Assembly (NCBI RefSeq): GCF_963506605.1
Contig: NC_083280.1
Span: forward strand, 35,340,001-35,404,000
Reading direction: 5' to 3'
Length of the DNA stretch: 64,000 nucleotides
Source of the DNA: Zootoca vivipara
Lineage: Eukaryota
Position numbers and translations under genes: made by a program. A model generated the notes under the pieces. That model was given only the letters and a program-made list of their open reading frames with translations. It was not told the origin of the DNA and ran no database searches. Within the stretch, counting starts at the first letter, position 1. Every line of letters begins with the position of its first letter. Shown piece by piece: positions 1-12,468 of the stretch.

Positions 1-489
1 GGACTATTATTGTGATCTGCTAAGCCAGCCACAGTCTTGGAGAGGCACAAGGGAGAATTCTGCAGCACAGATGCAGAAGGACGCATGGTAATTACAGTCT
101 GTTGTAGAGCAAAAGTTTAAAAGTTCAAAAGAACCCAGCAGCAGACATGCTATGGAAATCCACTGGGAGCCTGTTCTTTCAAAATGTTTGGCGAGAGGTA
201 GCCCAGGATGTGTTGTGCTACTAGAAAGTTCTGTTGGCTCAAAATCTTAAGGACAGGTGCCTGGCTTGCTTGTGAAGTTGTTTTGGATGCTGTTGGTCTC
301 AGGATGTTACAAACATTATGTCACGTTACATTTAGTTGAAGCACTTCTGCTCCCAGGTAAGAACTGTTTTAGGTTTCTAAACTCTTCCGTCCACCAAGAA
401 CAGCCTTCCCTGACCTAGTACTTGTTGACCAAGAGTATAGAGGGGCTAACTTCTATTGTCTATGCTTTGGTAATCCTTATATTATATTA

Positions 490-1100
490 TTGCTATGTGC
501 TATAGCAGGTCAGTTCAGAAATTGCAGTTGGTGCAGAATTTACCAGCCAGGTTGCTCACTGAAGCAAGACAGTCTCAAGTTTCAACACACAACACCAATC
601 CTGGCCTGATGGTGCTGGCTACCAATTAGTTTCAGAACTCAGTGTAAAGTACTGGTTTTGACCTATAAAGGATCAGGACCCCAGTATCTCAACGACCACT
701 TCTCCCCACAGAAATTGACCTGAATGTTATTTGAGGCCCTTACTCAGGTACCCACTCCACAGGAAGTCCAGAGGGTGACAATATGACCACAGGCCTTTTC
801 AGTGATGGCTCCCCCACTTGTGGAATCCTTTCCTCAGGGAGAATCAACTGTCACAATCTTTGTCTAGTTTTAGATACCAGGCAAAAACCTTCCTCTTTAT
901 CTGGGCTTTTGGTCTTTAATCTGAAGGGTTTTGTGGCCTTCTTGGCCTGAGTTTTATTTGTATAGATGTGCTTGCTTGGCTTTTAGGGGTTTTTTTTATT
1001 GATTATGTTTGCTGTAATTGCTTTTAGCATTTCTATTGTGTTTGTTAAGTCACTTTGAGCCATTTCTGTGAGTAAAGCCACTAAGAAAAATAATAATAAT
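490..1100 (+). mobile_element. Degraded L2-clade LINE 3' fragment
   Basis: Decayed L2 ORF2 C-terminal motifs (ttgcagttggtgcagaat = LQLVQN; tggctaccaattagtttcaga = WLPISFR; aaagtactggttttgacctataaag = KVLVLTYK). A T-rich 3' UTR and an (AAT)n tail near 1090-1100 follow. Confidence 0.65.
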
Positions 1101-1385
1101 AATCCACTCTAAATAATGAAAGAGCTGTGGCTTTGTCTTCTAAAGTGCTCTGCCATGAGTTGGATGGACTAATAGTCAGTTAAAATGCGCTTCCTATGTT
1201 CCAAAGTATGTTTTCTCTAAATGGGCCCTCTCCTGGTGAACCAACTGAAGCATTCAGGTCACCAACACAATCTACACCTCCAAAGATAGTCTGGGGGTTC
1301 CCCTGGATTTGGTGCTATGCCCTTGGTTTCCAGAACCAGTAATCCACCTCCATCCAGATCAGAAGATTTCGTGACACACAAAACT

Positions 1386-2168
1386 TAGAATCACAGAACC
1401 ATAGAATTGTAGAGTTGTAGATGACCCTCAAGGGTCCCTTCCAAGACCCTGCAATGCAGGAATCTCACCTAAAGCATCCATGACAGGTGGCCATCCAAAC
1501 TCTGCTGAAAAACCTCTAAGGAAGGAGAGTCCACAACCTTCTAAGGGAGTCAATTTCACTGTTGAACAGCTCCTACCGCCAGAAAGTTCTTCCTACTATT
1601 CAGTCTGAATCTCCTTTCTGTTTATGCAGCCTAGAATAGCATTAGCTTTCTTTGTTGCGGCATCACACTGTTGACTCAGGTTAAGCTTGTGGTCTACCAA
1701 GACCCCTAGATCCTTTTGCTACTGGCAGACCAGGTGTCCTCCATCTTATATTGGTGCAGCTGGTTCTTCCTGCCTAAGCAAAGAACTTTACATATGTCCC
1801 TATTGAAATTCATTTTGTTAATTTGGGCCCAGTTCTCCAATCTGTTAATCTTGAATCCTGTTTGTGCCTTCTGTGGCATTGGCTACCTTTCCCAGTTTGG
1901 TGCCATCTGCAAATCTGATGAGCATCCCCTTAATTCCTTCATCTAAGTTGTTTATGAAGACGTTGAACAACAGGCCCAGGACAGAACCCTGCAGCACCCC
2001 ATGTGTCACATTTTTTTCCAGAATGATGAGGAATCGCTAGTGAGCACTCTTTGTGTTTGGTCAGTCAACCAGCTATGAATCCACCTAACAGTTACGTTGT
2101 CCAGCCCACATTTTAACAGTTTCTTCGCAAGAATATCATGGAGGACTTTGTCAAAAGCCTTACTGAAA
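1386..2168 (-). mobile_element. CR1 LINE 3' fragment with internal deletion
   Basis: CR1 3' terminal repeat (agaatcacagaaccatagaat) at the left end. RT motif FSKAFDKVLHDILAKKLLKCGLDNVTVRWIHSWL in minus ORF 2006-2317. Homology jumps at about 1620. Confidence 0.85.
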
Positions 2169-2189
2169 TGCATTATGTAAGGATATTGT

Positions 2190-2540
2190 TTCAGCCTTTT
2201 GCCCTCATACAACCCTAGAGTGCTTCCAGACACCTTCCATGGTCTTCCTGGGATCAGATGAAGGAAAAGAGAGGTAGAGTTGAGTGCAATCTGCATAATG
2301 ATGACATTGCGGCCCAAATTGCCAGATGGCTTCTTCCACTAGTAGATTTCAAAGTGTATGAAAGAGAAGATGGAATCTTGTGGCACCCTAAAGGCCAACA
2401 GCTGAATGATGAAACAGTGGTCACAAAACCACCACCAATCTCAGCATGATGGTCCAGAATGATACCATGGTCAACTGTATTAAAAGCAGTTGAGAGATCC
2501 AAAATGGTTGTACTTCCCCAGTTGTGTCCCTGATACAAGT
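2190..2540 (-). mobile_element. Degraded L2-clade LINE RT fragment
   Basis: Minus ORF 2254-2547 contains LDLSTAFNTVDHGIILDH, the L2 RT LDLSAAFDTVDH motif. Confidence 0.7.
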
Positions 2541-3401
2541 CATTCACCAGAATAATGAGTTTGCTGCAAATCTAGACTGGAAGCAGCATTTACACCAGCA
2601 TAAAGGACTGATTGGTCAAACAGTGGACCTCATAGCTGATTTTAAGAAAACAGATAGTGAGCTGGAATGCTTTCTTTCTTTAAAGATTGTGCTGGTTTAT
2701 TTGTAGCTGTTTCAGTTACCATTATAATTAGATTTCCTTCCATCTATTGCATTACATTGACTTTTCTTTTCCTCCCACCCAAAGGAGCATGTGGATGCCG
2801 AGTACTTTGACTACACAGAGAATGCTTTCTCAAGCATCTTAAATCAAAAAGATGTTTTTCATGTTTTAGTGTTCATTTACTGGACTGCAAATGCTGTTGG
2901 TCCAAGTATGTAATGTACTGCCACCTAAATTGGTAGTAGCAGGTAATCAAAAGAGGATGAAGAAGCACATTATTATCCTTGGTTTGTTTTCAGTCCCTGA
3001 TTGCTTTGAAAAGGTAGGGCATAACAGAGGAGGCAATGTAGGTATTGTTTTATAGCTAAAACCCTGGGCCAAGGACTATACAACTTTAATTCAATTCTCA
3101 GCTACACCACAAATTCCTTTGTGACCCTGAACAAACCTTGAACGTTCTCCATGCAGTGCCTCAGATGATTCCATCTTCAGCTTTTGCACTACATGATAAT
3201 AAATGAATTCCACGGAAGTTGCTACCTGCCTGGTTTTCAACTGGAACCAAAAACAAACCCCTGTGTTGCAATAAGAACTAATCACAACAATACAAACACA
3301 ATACGTAGGCTAATGGTTAGTAGAGAATATTTAACAGAATAAGTATATCATTCAAATTGGAGGAACAAGCCAATCAAAGTTCTTATGTACAAAATAACAG
3401 A

Positions 3402-3538
3402 GTGGTAGACAGTGTTCTCGAAGCTACGAACATGAGTTTGACCAAACTGCGGGAGGCAGTGGAAGACAGGAGTGCCTGGCGTGCTATGGTCCATGGGGTC
3501 ACGAAGAGTCGGACACGACTAAACGACTAAACAACAAA
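3402..3538 (+). mobile_element. Bov-B (RTE) LINE, short 3' end
   Basis: Canonical Bov-B 3' end ggtccatggggtcacgaagagtcggacacgactaaacgactaaacaacaa. Confidence 0.9.
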
Positions 3539-3582
3539 GCGAGGACCGTCAAGCCGTGCGTTCAAAACAGATATCTAAGGAC

Positions 3583-3685
3583 AGTCTCACTATAGTCTTT
3601 CAAAAGTTCCAACAGAAGACGTCTCAAAAGTTGCAGAAGTCTCTCAATAGTCTTTCAAAAGTTTCAACGGAAGACGTCTCAAAAG
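3583..3685. repeat. Imperfect direct duplication, 55-bp period
   Basis: agtctcactatagtctttcaaaagttccaacagaagacgtctcaaaag (3583-3630) recurs at 3638-3685 with a few substitutions. Confidence 0.75.
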
Positions 3686-3847
3686 CCTCAAAAGGACAGT
3701 GTCTCCAGAATGATAATACTGTTTTGTAATAGTCTTCATCAGCCGATATTTTTCAACAGAATATGTAAGTAAGATTCATGCTTAGGATCAGTGCTCACTA
3801 GATAGTGGTGGAGGGGAATGGGACCCTCTGCTTGCCAGATTTCAGAT

Positions 3848-4348
3848 TGTTGTTGTTTAGTCGTTTAGTCGTGTCCGACTCTTCGTGACCCCATGGACCA
3901 CAGCACGCCAGGCACTCCTGTCTTGCACTGCCTCCCGCAGTTTGGTCAAACTCATGTTCGTAGCCTCGAGAACACTGTCCAACCATCTTGTCCTCTGACG
4001 TCCCCTTCTCCTAGTGCCCTCAATCTTTCCCAACATCAGGGTCTTTTCCAAGGATTCTTCTCTTCTCATGAGGTGGCCAAAGTATTGGAGCCTCAGCTTC
4101 ATGATCTGTCCTTCCAGGGAGCACTCAGGGCTGATTTCCTTCAGAATGGATAGGTTTGATCTTCTTGCAGTCCATGGGACTCTCAAGAGTCTCCTCCAGC
4201 ACCACAATTCAAAAGCATCAATTCTTCGGCGATCAGCCTTCTTTATAGTCCAGCTCTCACTTCCATACATCACTACTGGGAAAACCATAGCTTTAACTAT
4301 ACGGACCTTTGTCGGCAAGGTGATGTCTTTGTCGGCAAGGTGATGTCT
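3848..4348 (-). mobile_element. Bov-B LINE, 5'-truncated, with 12-bp TSD
   Basis: Intact RT C-terminus in ORF 3857-4318 (FPVVMYGSESWTIKKADRRRIDAFELWCWRRLLRVPWT) and a (CAA)n tail. TSD cagatttcagat at 3836-3847 and 4349-4360. Confidence 0.95.
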
Positions 4349-4360
4349 CAGATTTCAGAT

Positions 4361-4668
4361 AGAAGTCATATAGAGGAGGGGGAAAGATTGTTTTCTGCTG
4401 CTCCAGAGAAGCGGACATGGAACAATGGATTCAAACTACAAGAAAGAAGATTCCACCTAAACATTAGGAAGAACTTCCTGACAGTAAGAGCTGTTCGACA
4501 GTGGAATTTGCTGCCAAGGTGTGTGGTGGAGTCTCCTCCTTTGGAGGTCTTTAAGCGGAGGCTTGATGGCCATATGCCAGGAATGCTTTGATGGTGTTTC
4601 CTGCTTGGCAGGAGGTTGGACTGGATGGTCCTTGTGGTCTCTTCCAACTCTATGATTCTATGATTCTA
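4361..4668 (+). mobile_element. CR1 LINE 3' end
   Basis: HIEEGERLFSAAPEKRTWNNGFKLQERRFHLNIRKNFLTVR motif. Ends in the (attctatg)n repeat. Confidence 0.9.
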
Positions 4669-4840
4669 AGTTGCTACCATGGCCATTATGTGAATGTGCT
4701 TTTTGATTAACTGAATAGAAGAGTATGAGTCATGGGGGTGAAGAGAGAGTGTGTGTGAATTCAGCAGTGCTAAGTTTGTTTTTGGTTGTTAGTTCATTAA
4801 TGTTGTCAGTGTTGTTTTGTGGATTATGAGTGCTCTAACA

Positions 4841-5576
4841 CAGTGGTTCCCAACAGGTGGTCCGCGGACCCCCAGGGGTCCGCGAGCTATGCCAGAAGGG
4901 TCCGCAAGATGCTATTAGAATAAAAAATATATTAAATATATTTCGTATGATAACAGATTTTTTGTTTTGGCCGCTCTCTGCATGAGCAGAGTCTAGCGCA
5001 AAACTAGAATTAGATGGCAGTAGTTCTGCTGTATGCCGTTAGGTGGCGCTTTACAAACACTACTGTTTTGCAAAGAGGCAGCGTGCGCATTCTACTAACG
5101 CTCACCTCCCCAAGATGCTTTGTGCACGTCGGCTTCATTTGTGCGCTACTGCGCAGGTACCCTGTCTTCTCCATTCCCCTCCCTCCTGCCTGGCGCGCGC
5201 TGCCTCTTTGCAAAACAGTAGTGTTTGTAAACAAAGCGTTGTTTTTCGCGGAAGCTACAGTTCGCGTAGTTAAAAATGGACCGTTGGTTAAAAAGTGGTT
5301 CGTTAAAACGACAAAGGCCTACAGATGAAGAGGAAGATAATGCATTTGATGTTCAAGCAAGTAAGTCAGTGACTCTTGAACCGATCTTGTCAGTGTCCAT
5401 TGAACCTAAATCGTCGGCGTACCTTGAACCTAACCCTTCCAAGATCAGTGTTAAGCTTACTGGAAAAATTAGATAAGGAATTAGGAATTAGATTTAGGAT
5501 TAGGAATTAATGGGGGTCCTTGTCACAATAGCGGCTCGATGAGGGGTCCTCGAGAAAATTTTGTTGGGAACCCCTG
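4841..5576 (+). mobile_element. Non-autonomous hAT (Charlie/Buster-type) transposon retaining the transposase N-terminus
   Basis: TIRs cagtggttcccaac / gttgggaacccctg. Perfect 8-bp TSD ctctaaca (4833-4840 and 5577-5584) with central TA. ORF 5276-5476 begins MDRWLKSGSLKR, typical of Charlie/Buster transposase starts. Confidence 0.9.
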
Positions 5577-6631
5577 CTCTAACACTTTGTGAATTTTATA
5601 ATACGACTTTTCCTGTGGTTGTGCCATTTATTTTTCCAGCTGTCTTGCTAATAGGGTTTTATAGAAGGTTGTTGTTTTACTGGTGATTTGTTCCTTATTT
5701 TATACAATTTATGTTGCAATTGTGATGTTCTACTATGATATTATTTATTGTATGTAAACCGCTTTCTGACTCGTGTGAGCAAAATGCAGCATAGAAATAC
5801 GGTATAATAAATAAAATATTGGACCGTCCACGCATCACTCTGCTTTTACTAGTTCTACTGCAACACTTCCCCAAAATTACAACAATAATGATTTCCGGGG
5901 GGGGGGGGTGTACCACAAAAGCAGGGCAAGAAGAAAAATATCTAGATCATTTGCAGCATGAAAAGTTGCAGGATTTCAGCAAGAAGTTACAGAACAAACA
6001 CTGGTTGGAAATGCCATACGAAAGCAAGATTACGTATAACCGCCCTAAGACCATTATGAACACAAAACATCATGAATGCATAATATTGTACAAGGAGGTT
6101 CATCTGCCATCTATTTTATATATAGACTTACCTAAGAATTAACACAGGACAACTGTCTGCTCCTGCCATGTTTGTCTATTGTTATATCATCACTGAAATG
6201 TTAACCTTTGAGTGGATCGTGCAAATCCTTATGAAGGATTCAGGCTTGTTGGGAGTTAGTAGCAAGAGGGTATTTTTAGAAAAGCCCAACATTCTGTAGG
6301 GAGGGAGGTGGGATCTGGGCTTAATAACCAATCGGAAATACACAGAATGATGTAGAAGGGGCCTGTTAATTATGTAGAAAAATAACATTTACATTAGCTG
6401 CAGCCCTCCAGTTTGCTTCTTTGTAATCTAATCCTCTGTGCTAAACGTATTTCCTGCTCCTGCATAGTTTAATTATCATTGCTTCTCCTTTATTTTTAGG
6501 CTGAGCATGCAGTACAGGCTGACAATGGAATTTTACCTAGGCCGAAAGACACTTCTTACCAAAAGAAAGAACACATACTGCTTGAATACCATTTTTGCGA
6601 ATCTCAATTTTGGACCATTAAATCCATGGCT

Positions 6632-6632
<1 letters not shown>

Positions 6633-6675
<43 letters not shown>
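6633..6675. repeat. (GT)n microsatellite
   Basis: Perfect dinucleotide run. Confidence 0.95.
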
Positions 6676-6676
<1 letters not shown>

Positions 6677-7370
6677 AATTTAGCTCCTCATAGTCATCTT
6701 GGCTGTAAACCCTGCTTTCTGAGCTGCATCTGCTCAGAAAAAAAGAGGAGGAAGACTTCACATAAATTCATTACCACAGAGGAGCTGAGGAGTGTTCTTC
6801 CCAACCCTTCAGTGCTGAACTGCAAGTGGCCGCAGCAACATGGATCAATATTTGATTCCCCCCCCCCCCGTTTAGTTTTGCCATCAGAGTGGTGCTTTTC
6901 ATGCTATTCCCTCAACACACCTCTTTTCTTTTCAGGGGTGTGTGTATGTGTGTCTGTCTGTCTGTCTGTCTGTCTGACATAAAAAGGTTCCATGGTTATG
7001 AATTATTAAAGCTATCAAATGCCCTATATCCTTCTTCCTGCGTTTATTAAAAGCCAAAGGTGTGATTCACTCACAGTGAAGTCTCCCTGCACAAACCCCA
7101 TTGAATTAACTGGACACCGGGGGGGGGGGCTGTTCACATCTTTGGGGATTGTACACGAGAAATGTTTGGTGGGTTGTCTGTTGAAGAACCAACCAACCAA
7201 CCAACCTAGATTCCACTGTACCCCCATTGGGTGTTTGCTCCTGAAGTAAGTAAAATGGAGCAGAATCTTTTTTAAAAAAAATAAGGATGCACTGTAATGC
7301 TTACAGCTAAATAAATCATCACAGAACAATCCTTTCCGGTATGCATAGCCTTCATAATGCCGTGCAGGGT

Positions 7371-7742
7371 AGCTACAACCGCGGCAAGAACTTTATTGGC
7401 CCAAAAATGGAAATTACAGGACTTACCGACAGTTGAGGAGTGGAGGACGAAGATGATGGACTATGCAGAACTAGCTAAGTTGACCCACGGGATCCGATAC
7501 CAGGGGGAAACAAGGTTCCAAAAAGAATGGAGTAAATTCGTTGAATACATGGAGAGGAACTGTAGAAGTTTAAGGACACTTGCAGGACTAAAAATTGACT
7601 TTGAATAAGTAGGTAAAAGAAACTGCAGGATAAGAGTGGAAAAACAAAGCCGAAGGGTGGGAGGGAGGAAAGTCTTAGCTTGGCGGAGCGAATTATATTA
7701 AGACAGAAGAGTATAAGATGCAAGAGGTTGTGTTATGTGTGT

Positions 7743-7778
<36 letters not shown>

Positions 7779-7831
7779 ATATTTGTTAATTTGTGTGTTT
7801 ATGTGAAAACCAATAAAAATCTTTAAGAAAA
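7371..7831 (+). mobile_element. L1-clade LINE 3' end with 18-bp TSD
   Basis: ORF2 C-terminus ATTAARTLLAQKWK...EWSKFVEYM. The 3' UTR has (GT)n, AATAAA and an A-rich tail. TSD cataatgccRtgcagggt at 7353-7370 and 7832-7849. Confidence 0.9.
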
Positions 7832-8003
7832 CATAATGCCATGCAGGGTGTGTGTAAAGATCACTGGTTTTATTTAACAGCTGCAGAGACAGGTAAATGT
7901 TTCAGAACAGTCTTGTTAAATACTGTTAATTTTTCATTCTTTTACGCATTGATCAAAAGCTGTTACTAGTCATTGCATATCTACAAACAGGCAGGACATA
8001 CAT

Positions 8004-8128
8004 CAGGGCTGGGGAACCTCCAGATGTTGCTGATACTCAAGTCCCACAAGCCCCAAAAACTGGCCCTGCTGGCTGGGGGCTGATGGGAGTTGTAGTTCAA
8101 CAACATGTGGAAGACCCCATGTTCCCCT
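8004..8128. mobile_element. hAT-type MITE (ccagatgtt...gggagttgtag family), degraded
   Basis: Same palindromic core as the copies at 12469, 27501, 38643 and 55335. Confidence 0.7.
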
Positions 8129-8881
8129 GTTTTGTTGTTGATGATTCCACAGGTAAGATAGTTTGGCAGTCTTCTCTGACATCAGGGAGGAAGCCAAACA
8201 AAATGTATTCTGCATTGCCTTTTTGGTTTTTGTTAGCTAAACATACCCTGCTTATTCTGGGGTCAGGATAAGACACCCTAAAACTGTGTGCAGACTATCC
8301 ATTTAAAACTGCCCCTCAAAGAACCTTGGGAGATATAACTTACACCTCACAGAAATACCATCTTTAACAAATGAAAGACCTCAGGATTTTTTTGGGGGGG
8401 GGTATTAAAATATGGTGTTCATGCAGCCTAGGTTTTAAAGGCCACAAAAACTGAAAAGATGCATATTTATGTTTACATCCATTAAAATTGCTTTGTCCGT
8501 GAATAATATAACATGCAAGAAAAGTAGTCTTTACTTGCATAGGCAATATCCTATTTCTTTAGCCTTAGCACAGCCTTAGGCTCAACAGGAAATGGCTGTC
8601 ATTATACATGAGAAGTCCAGCCATTTATGCCATTTTCTTACTCTCCCCTTGTCCCCAGATTTTTAATTTAATTTTTTAAAAAATTAAGATTTTGGGGGGT
8701 TACAGAAGTACATATGAGTACATCATCTCTATTTTCAGATTATGAAGTCCTTTCTACAGATCAGTCATATTCGATGTGAGACTTAAGATTGTAGTCCCCA
8801 GATAATGTGTAGTACTGCAGGACTAAAAGAAAATTTGTGGGCACTGCTGTCTGACGTGGCGCTATATTAGGCAGTGATGTC

Positions 8882-9080
8882 CAGTAGTTAGGGCATAGGA
8901 TTAGGACCGGGACAGAGTTTAAAACTGGGCTAAACCATGAAACCTATGGGATGACCTTGGGTCAGTTGCTGTCTCTCAGCCTAACCTACCTCACGGGGTT
9001 GTTTTGAGGGGAAAAATGGGGAGAAGGAGATCCTCAAGATCCCCGAGAAGAAAGTGGAATATAAATGTAATAATAAATAG
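8882..9080 (+). mobile_element. MIR-like / L2-tailed SINE remnant
   Basis: Core gatgaccttgggtcagttgctgtctctcagcctaacctacctcacggggttgtt followed by an AATAAAT tail. A related remnant lies at about 26170-26350. Confidence 0.6.
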
Positions 9081-9224
9081 TAAATCTTTCTCCCAATTCA
9101 GAATATCCTGGTTATATCATACGATGTTATGATTTAGGAGCCAAGGAAAGGACTATATTGCTTGTCCCAGTTGTACAAGCTTTTGCAGTAACATAGCATA
9201 AATTTTGAAAGAACGTTTTCACAC

Positions 9225-9395
9225 ACAGTCACATCCACACAATACGCTGAAAGCACATCTTAAACACATGTCTTTCCCCCAAAGAATGCTGGGAAATGGA
9301 GCTTACCCCTAACAGAGCTATAATTCCCAGCACCCTTAACAAACTACAGTTCCCAGGATTCTTTGGTGGAAGCCACGTGCTTTAAATGCATGGTG
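9225..9395. mobile_element. Palindromic lizard MITE-like repeat (ccaaagaat...tgggaa / ttcccaggattctttgg family)
   Basis: Internal inverted symmetry. Related copies at about 8280-8440 and 44730-44885. Confidence 0.5.
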
Positions 9396-9873
9396 TTGGT
9401 ATGAGCAGACAATTTAAACTTAAACACACACACTTCCCAATGGCTCCCTGTCAGCTTGCAGCAAAAGCATCCTTTATCTCTTTGCTACATCAGAGGTGAG
9501 GAAGCTCTGCCTCTTGGGCCTAATTAGTCCTCGCATGGGCCCAATTTGGTCCATGAGACCATGTCTCTCAAACTATGCCCAGCTGCCCCACACATGACAT
9601 TTCTGTGACATCAAGTGTGGGGCAGGTAGGGATGCAGGCTCAAGAGGAACAAGCTCAAAAGAGCTCCCAATTACTCCTTTGCAAGTGGGGCTCCCTGTCA
9701 GCTGAATTCCACCTGGATTGGTCTCAATGCAGAATTCACCATCAGGAACTCCCTAGTGCAGCCAAGGGGGATGAAGGAAGCAGTCTGGGTTCCAAGCGTT
9801 TTTTTAAAAAATATATATGTTGGCAATACTGTGGGTAAAGGAAGTAATGAGTGCAAACAAGATCAGTCTACTC

Positions 9874-10488
9874 TAGTGGTTTCCAACCAGTGTGCCGTGG
9901 AATCCTGGGGCACCTTGAATGATGGCCGGGGGTGCCATGGGAAACACTGGCCTCTTTCCCTCTTTCCTTCCTTACCTCCATCCTCTGATGCCCTCCCATG
10001 TCTCTGCCTCGCAAAGGCTTGCACAACTGTTGGTTGCGGAGGCCCTGGCTACAAGCTCTGCAGGCAAATGGTCCTCCGGGGCTTGCCAGGGAGTGCTGGT
10101 TTCCAGGAGCTGAGGCAGCCTCAGAGCAAGCAGACAAACAAACAGGCGAGGGAGCCCAGCCAACCAGTCCGCCAGCCCTTGCTGCTGGGATTGGACAAAC
10201 AAGTCCCAGGCCCCTGTGGGGCAGGATGAGGAGGCACCTCTCTGGGGCAGGGGAGGGGAAGCAGCTCAGAAACAAGGGGCAGCAGCTCTGCCTGCCTGAA
10301 GGACTCCCAAAGAGAGGGGAGAAGAGAGGATGCTAAGGGAACAGTCCACAAGGAAGGGTGTTCAAAAAGGGAGAGGCTGCCAGCTCTGCAGGCAAGGGGT
10401 GACATAACTGGGCTTCTGAGAGTGCCGCAGAAAGACTGTACATAGTTGGTCAAGGGAACCATGGATGCAAAAAGGTTGCAAACCTCTG
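9874..10488. mobile_element. Non-autonomous hAT element
   Basis: Ends tagtggtttccaacc / ggttgcaaacctctg. Perfect 8-bp TSD gtctactc (9866-9873 and 10489-10496). Confidence 0.85.
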
Positions 10489-11094
10489 GTCTACTCAGTA
10501 CGTTCGGTGTGGATTTTAAAATCAGGTGTTAAAACATACACAAGGCGGTGGGCCTGAAGCCGAAACCAAGGTAAAACCAAGATGACCCTTTCTTCACCTA
10601 GTAATCGTTCACGCAGTCAAGAAAGCAACCATGGGATATTTTGGCATATCCATTTGTTTTGAGATTCCCCCTCCCTCCCTCTTACAGCAGCTTCAAGTCA
10701 GCAAACTGACAAGTTCCTGTGAGAGATGTCAGAGAGGGCAAGCACAGGATGCTTCATTTTAATGCAAAAGGACCCCATTGAATCATGCTGCCCCTCAGAC
10801 TGGAAGCTTGTCAAGCTGAGCAGACCCTCTGCCTATTAATCATTTATACAACCATCAGAAGGAATGCAAAGCAGCGCTGGGCGTAGAAATATACGACTTT
10901 CTATGAAACATTTAAGCTGTAGCCCAATAGCCTCTTACTTAGGAGAAAGCCCCCGTGAACTCCATTCCCTCCAGATGTAAGACCACAGAATTTCAGTCCC
11001 ATTCTAAGTACACATACACAGGATTTCATGGTTAGGGATTTGTTTTATTCTATTCCAGTGCTTTAAAAAATAATAATCAAGAGCTAGGAAGAGC

Positions 11095-11530
11095 CAAAAC
11101 CTTTGGGTACAAGATTTGGAATGCAATGAACAGGTTCCATTTAATAATGAACATGGTTTGCCTGTCTTTCCCACTTATCCACAATAGATCCCTAATATTG
11201 GTCTTCACTAAGTATTTCTCCATTGGCCTGTTATAGCTGTCCTTTGGACTTTGCCATTGCATTAACCATATCAATCCTGCTGCATCAAAACATTGGCTTA
11301 TTTCATGGGTGCCCAACCACCTTTCATTTTTATTTACTTTCCTAACCGTTCTGGATGTTCTTGGCTTTTTGTCTTTGCATATAAACTTATCAATTATCAT
11401 TTGCCATGATTCTACTACTGAATTCAATCTAGAGACAAGGAGGTTATGTGATAAAAATAGGATCCTAGGAAGTATGCTCATTTTTATTATGTTAATTCTT
11501 CTCAATAGAGAACTACTTTCCTTTCCCCAA
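11095..11530 (-). mobile_element. Degraded L1-clade ORF2 fragment
   Basis: RINIIKMSILPRILFL...KFICKDKKPR matches the post-RT region of L1 ORF2. Confidence 0.8.
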
Positions 11531-12468
11531 TTCTTTGGGTGTCTAACATAGGTACCCTTTTTGTGTTAACACAGTCACTAATAGCTTTCCATTCTGGGCC
11601 CTGTGGTGTATACAATGATTGTCCCTTCTACCTGACATTATCCTACAAACACACACACATACCCCACAATGCTACAGATGTTACAATGCTACACAATGTT
11701 ACCGAAACATTTGGGTACATCATTAGCTAAGGTACTGTTTATACAGTATCAGATTTTAAACAGTGTTTCTACATGCTTCGGATGTTTGGCATAATAGTTC
11801 CTTCTCTTCTGCTTGTGCAAAGCTATTCATAAATACAGCAGAAGTTTGCCCGCATATTAATTCTGGGATGTTTCTCTCACCCACTCCTGGTCATTAGGTG
11901 TCTGTGTTTCAATGCTCCTGGCACAGGCAATTCACAGCAGGATCTAAGGAGCTGCTTACATTCATGGAAGGCGTTTGCTCTTCATGGAGCAAATTATGCA
12001 GCCTCACACTGGGTGGCAAAGGACTGGGCAAACTGTTTTCCCCCTGAATCAACTCCCAGCCACCCCCACAGCCCACACACCCTGCTGTTAAGCACACTCA
12101 TATGACCTTGCAGTTTTCCTCCTTGCTGTATCGTTAGCCGGGGCCACTAATGTTAGAGCAGTGGCATTAGAAAGCAACAAACAGTAATTGTGTTGAAGAA
12201 TAATCTCTAAGTACTGTTTTCATGAGCAAACATCAGGAATCCAATGTTAAAACCTCAATTAACTTTGTTGTTGCAAGTCTTTACCTCAAGTACTTGAGTA
12301 GAGAAGAAATTAATCATTCAGGTATGTTGCAAGAGGATCTGCAATGATGAACTTTTGTTATCGGCTGCCCAAATTCAACAGAGTTGTCTTGGTCAAGCTT
12401 GAATATTCTGTGTGCATAGCTAAGGTAGATAATGAAATTGACCACCATATTGTGGGGTTCATATAAGC

